From Mobula birostris (lineage: Eukaryota), in the NCBI RefSeq assembly GCF_030028105.1, contig NC_092383.1:97611604-97675603 (forward strand): a stretch of DNA of 64,000 bases, written 5' to 3'. Position numbers and translations under genes: made by a program. Shown here piece by piece: positions 60,824 to 64,000 of the stretch. The notes below the pieces were generated by a model. That model made no database searches. It worked only from the letters and a program-made list of their open reading frames with translations, and was not told where the DNA came from. Positions within the stretch are counted from its first letter, which is position 1; each line of letters begins with the position of its first letter.

Positions 60824-63800
60824 TCGTATGAGGAAAAGATGAGCGAATTGGGGCTTTTCCCTTTGGAGTGTAGAAAAGTGAGAGGTGACTTCATAGAGGT
60901 TTCTAAGATGATAAGAGGCACAGATCATCGAAATTTCTCCCCAGCGTGGCAATGGCTAACACGACAGGGCGTATTTTAACTCGTCTTGGGGAAATTAGAG
61001 CGAAAATGTCGGAGGTTGTTATTTTTATTATACAGCTAGTGTTGCATGCATGGTACGCGCTGCCAAGGTAGTGGGAGAGGCGGATACATTAGATGCAGTT
61101 AAGAGACTCTCAGAGTTACATTGATCTTCGTGCAGATTAAAATGTCGACACATCATTGTGGGCCAAACTGCTGGTAATTTTTTATCTTGTATAGCAGATA
61201 CAGAGGCGCAAAGAGAAACTTACTTGCAGCATCATCAAAGCCCTCTGTTCTCTGACAGCTGAAATTCAGCCGTGGTTATTCTCTGGTTAGGGACGCCAGA
61301 GATACAAATGTATCTGTATCACAGGCAACTTTCATACTCCATGTCACAACAGAAGATTGTCGGAATCTTGACAATTAGTCTCTCGGACGTTGTTATCGAT
61401 GCACGTATGTTGGGGGGCGGTGCTGTTGTCGGGTGGCCTCTGTTTGAATGACTGGAAAGGTATCTCCTCGGCCTACCCCCTTCCGTTCTGTCCTGTAGAT
61501 CGTGGTCCCTACTACTGAAAGAGCCCACACTCTCTTCACATCCATGCCTTCAGACGTTGTGTGTAAGTTCTTCTCTTTCTCAGTCTGCCTTACCATCGAA
61601 GTTGTGGAAACTGATGTCTCGGCTGTAAGTCAGGTCCCTTCCTATCTATTTTCTCCAGAACTTTTTTCTATCCTGAGCTATTCAACTATTAGAACAGAAC
61701 ATAGAACATAGAAAATCTACAGCACATTACAAGCCCTTCGTCCCACCATGTCGTGCTGACCACTGGAAAATGATGCTAGTAAGGTGGTAATGCGGCAGCG
61801 GCGGGGCGGGGGCGTGGAGGTGGTGTGGAAGCAAAGAAATAGAGGATGAGCGTAATGGAAACTCTACAAAAGTCTTCACTAAGAAAGACACTAGCAGTAT
61901 TCTAGATGTCCGTGAGTATCAGGTAGCAGGAGATGTTTCCATTGCAATTACAAAGGAAAGAGTGCAAGGCAAAATCAAAGTACTCAAAGGTGGATAAGTC
62001 ACCTGGACCAGATGGACTACTTCTCAGAGTCCCGGAAGAATTTGCTGAAGGGATAACGGACACATTGGTCATGATCTTTCAAGAATCACTTGATTCTGGC
62101 ATGATCCTGGAGGACTGGAAGATTGCAAATATCATTCAACTCTTTAAGAAGGGAGGAATTCAAAAGAAAGGAAATTATACGCCAGCTCTCCTACCCTCAG
62201 TGGTTGGGAAAGTGTTGGAGTCTATTGTTAAGGATATGATTTCGGGGTACTTGGAGACTAATGATAAAATAAGTCAAAGTCAACATGGTTTCTGTAAAGG
62301 TACATATTGCCTGACCATTCTGTTAGAGTTCTTCGAGGAAGTAACAGGCAAGGTGGACAAAGGAAAGGCTGTGGAGGTCTTTTACTAGGATCTTAGAAGG
62401 CATTTGAGAAAGTGCCACAGATGATAGTGACTAACAAGATAAAATCCTATGGCGGTACAGGAAAGACACTGGGATGGACAGAGAAATGACTGACAGGCAG
62501 TAGGGAGAGAGTGGAAATAAAAGGAGATGTTTCTGATTGGTTGCCAGTGACGATAGTCTTCTTCTGGAGTCAGTATTTTGATCGCTACTTTTCACATTGT
62601 TTCTCAATGATTTATGTAATGGAATTGATGGCTTTATGGCAAAATTTGTAGATGATACGTAGACAGGTGGACGGCTAGGTAGTGCTCAAGAAGCAATGCG
62701 ATTACAGAAGGACATAGGCAATTTGGAAGACGAGGCAAAAGAGTGGCAGATGGAATACATTTTGGTAAAAGGAACAATTGTGCGGACTATTACCTAAATG
62801 GGGAGAAGGTTCAAGCATCAGAGGTGCACAGGGACTTGGCTGTCCTCGTGAAAGACTCCCAGAAGGTCAATGTAAAGGCCAAGGCTGTGGTAAAGAAGCC
62901 AAATGCAATGGTGGCATTTATGTCAGGGTAATAGAATATAGAAGAAAGGAAATAATGCTGTGACTATGTAAGGTACTAGTCAGGCCGTACTAGGAGTATT
63001 GTCAACAGTTTTTGGGTCCCATATCACAGAAAGAATGTGTTGTCATTGGAGAGAGTCCAGAGGAAGTTCACGGAATATTCCAGGAATATGCGGAGCGTTT
63101 GGCAGCTTTGGGCCTGCACTCATTTGAATTTAGAAGAATACTTTGTGTGTGTGGGGGGGGGGGTGGAATGAGGGGGATCTCATTGAAATCTACCGAATGT
63201 TGAAAGAACTAGATACGGCAGATGTGGAGAAGATGTTTCCTATGGCAGGTGTATCCAGAACTAGAGGGCACAACCTCAGAATTGAAGGGCCACCTTTTAG
63301 AACGGACGTAAGGACGTATTATTTTAGCCAGAAAGAAGTGAATCTGTGGAATGCTCTGACACAGACTGTTCTGGAGGCCAAGTCCGTGGGTAAACTTAAG
63401 GTGGAAGTTGATCGTTTCTTGATCAGTCAGGGCATCAAACGATATGGCGAGAATGCATGTGTATGGGCTTGAGTGAGATTCGGGTTCAGCCATGATGGAA
63501 TGGCGGAGCAGACTCGATGGGACGAATGGTCTAATTCTGTTCCAATGTCTTAAGGTCTTACGGTCTTATTGAAGGCTATAAGGATCAAACAGATATCAAG
63601 GTTGTAATACTGGGGCTTAAAAAGGCATTGATGAGATCCCCCATGTGTGGGACCTTATCAAAGGCCTTCTGAAAATCCATGTAAGTGACACCCACTCCAA
63701 CTCCTTTGTCATCCCTGCTTATTACGTCCTCGAAAAACTCTAAAGTTTTGCCAGGTAATATTTCCCTTTAAAGAAACCATGCTGACTTTGACTTATTTTA

Positions 63801-64000
63801 TCATTGGTATCTAGGTATAGTGAAAAGTCATCCTTATTAATGGACTGCAACACTTTCCCAACCACACAGGATAGGCTAACTGGCCTATAAGTTCGTTTCT
63901 TTTGCCTTCCTTCCTTCTTAAAGAGTGGAGTGATATTTGCAGTTCTCCAGTCCTCCGGAACCATGCCAAAATTAAGTGATTGTTGAAGACCATAACCGAT
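60824..64000. mobile_element. Further CR1 fragments: 60824-61170 (+), 61900-63570 (+), 63610-64000 (-)
   Basis: ORFs 61933..62388, 63143..63472 and 63740..63964 carry CR1 RT and C-terminal motifs. Confidence 0.85.

Noticed and set aside
309-63993. Most remaining short ORFs in the six-frame track
   Set aside because: They are antisense or alternate frames of LINE, LTR or low-complexity sequence, without splice or domain support.
1-64000. tRNA, rRNA or tRNA-headed SINEs
   Set aside because: No A/B-box cloverleaf or rRNA sequence recognised by eye; a tRNAscan/Infernal run would be needed to exclude them.

Overview
Vertebrate genomic DNA, most likely a cartilaginous fish (ray-like; inferred from the CR1/HER1-type LINE tails, Rex-Babar and Penelope repeat content and the GPR139-like paralogue). 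Roughly two-thirds of the window appears to be retroelement sequence (estimate by eye). One intact multi-exon gene can be rebuilt by hand on the + strand: a CD2/SLAM-family Ig receptor with leader (4551-4602), IgV (16620-16940), IgC2 (21491-21757), a second IgV (26328-26636), TM (32972-33112) and a short tail without tyrosine-based signalling motifs (37363-37427). All junctions are phase 1 GT-AG, giving 384 aa with an unusual V-C2-V ectodomain. The two IgV exons are an internal duplication whose adjacent introns are 93% identical while the domains are 41% identical with very few synonymous changes. On the - strand there is a GPR139/142-like GPCR pseudogene (50812-51949) interrupted in TM5 by a short fold-back Penelope-derived element. 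That element family (hammerhead-ribozyme-derived ends, 14-15 bp TSDs) recurs across the window. Also present: an orphan CpG-island promoter with phased CCAAT boxes (about 40.6-41.4 kb), two independent solo LTRs of one family, a full-length CR1 and several minisatellites. Repeat boundaries are approximate unless a TSD is given. No alignments or database searches were run; all counts were made by hand.
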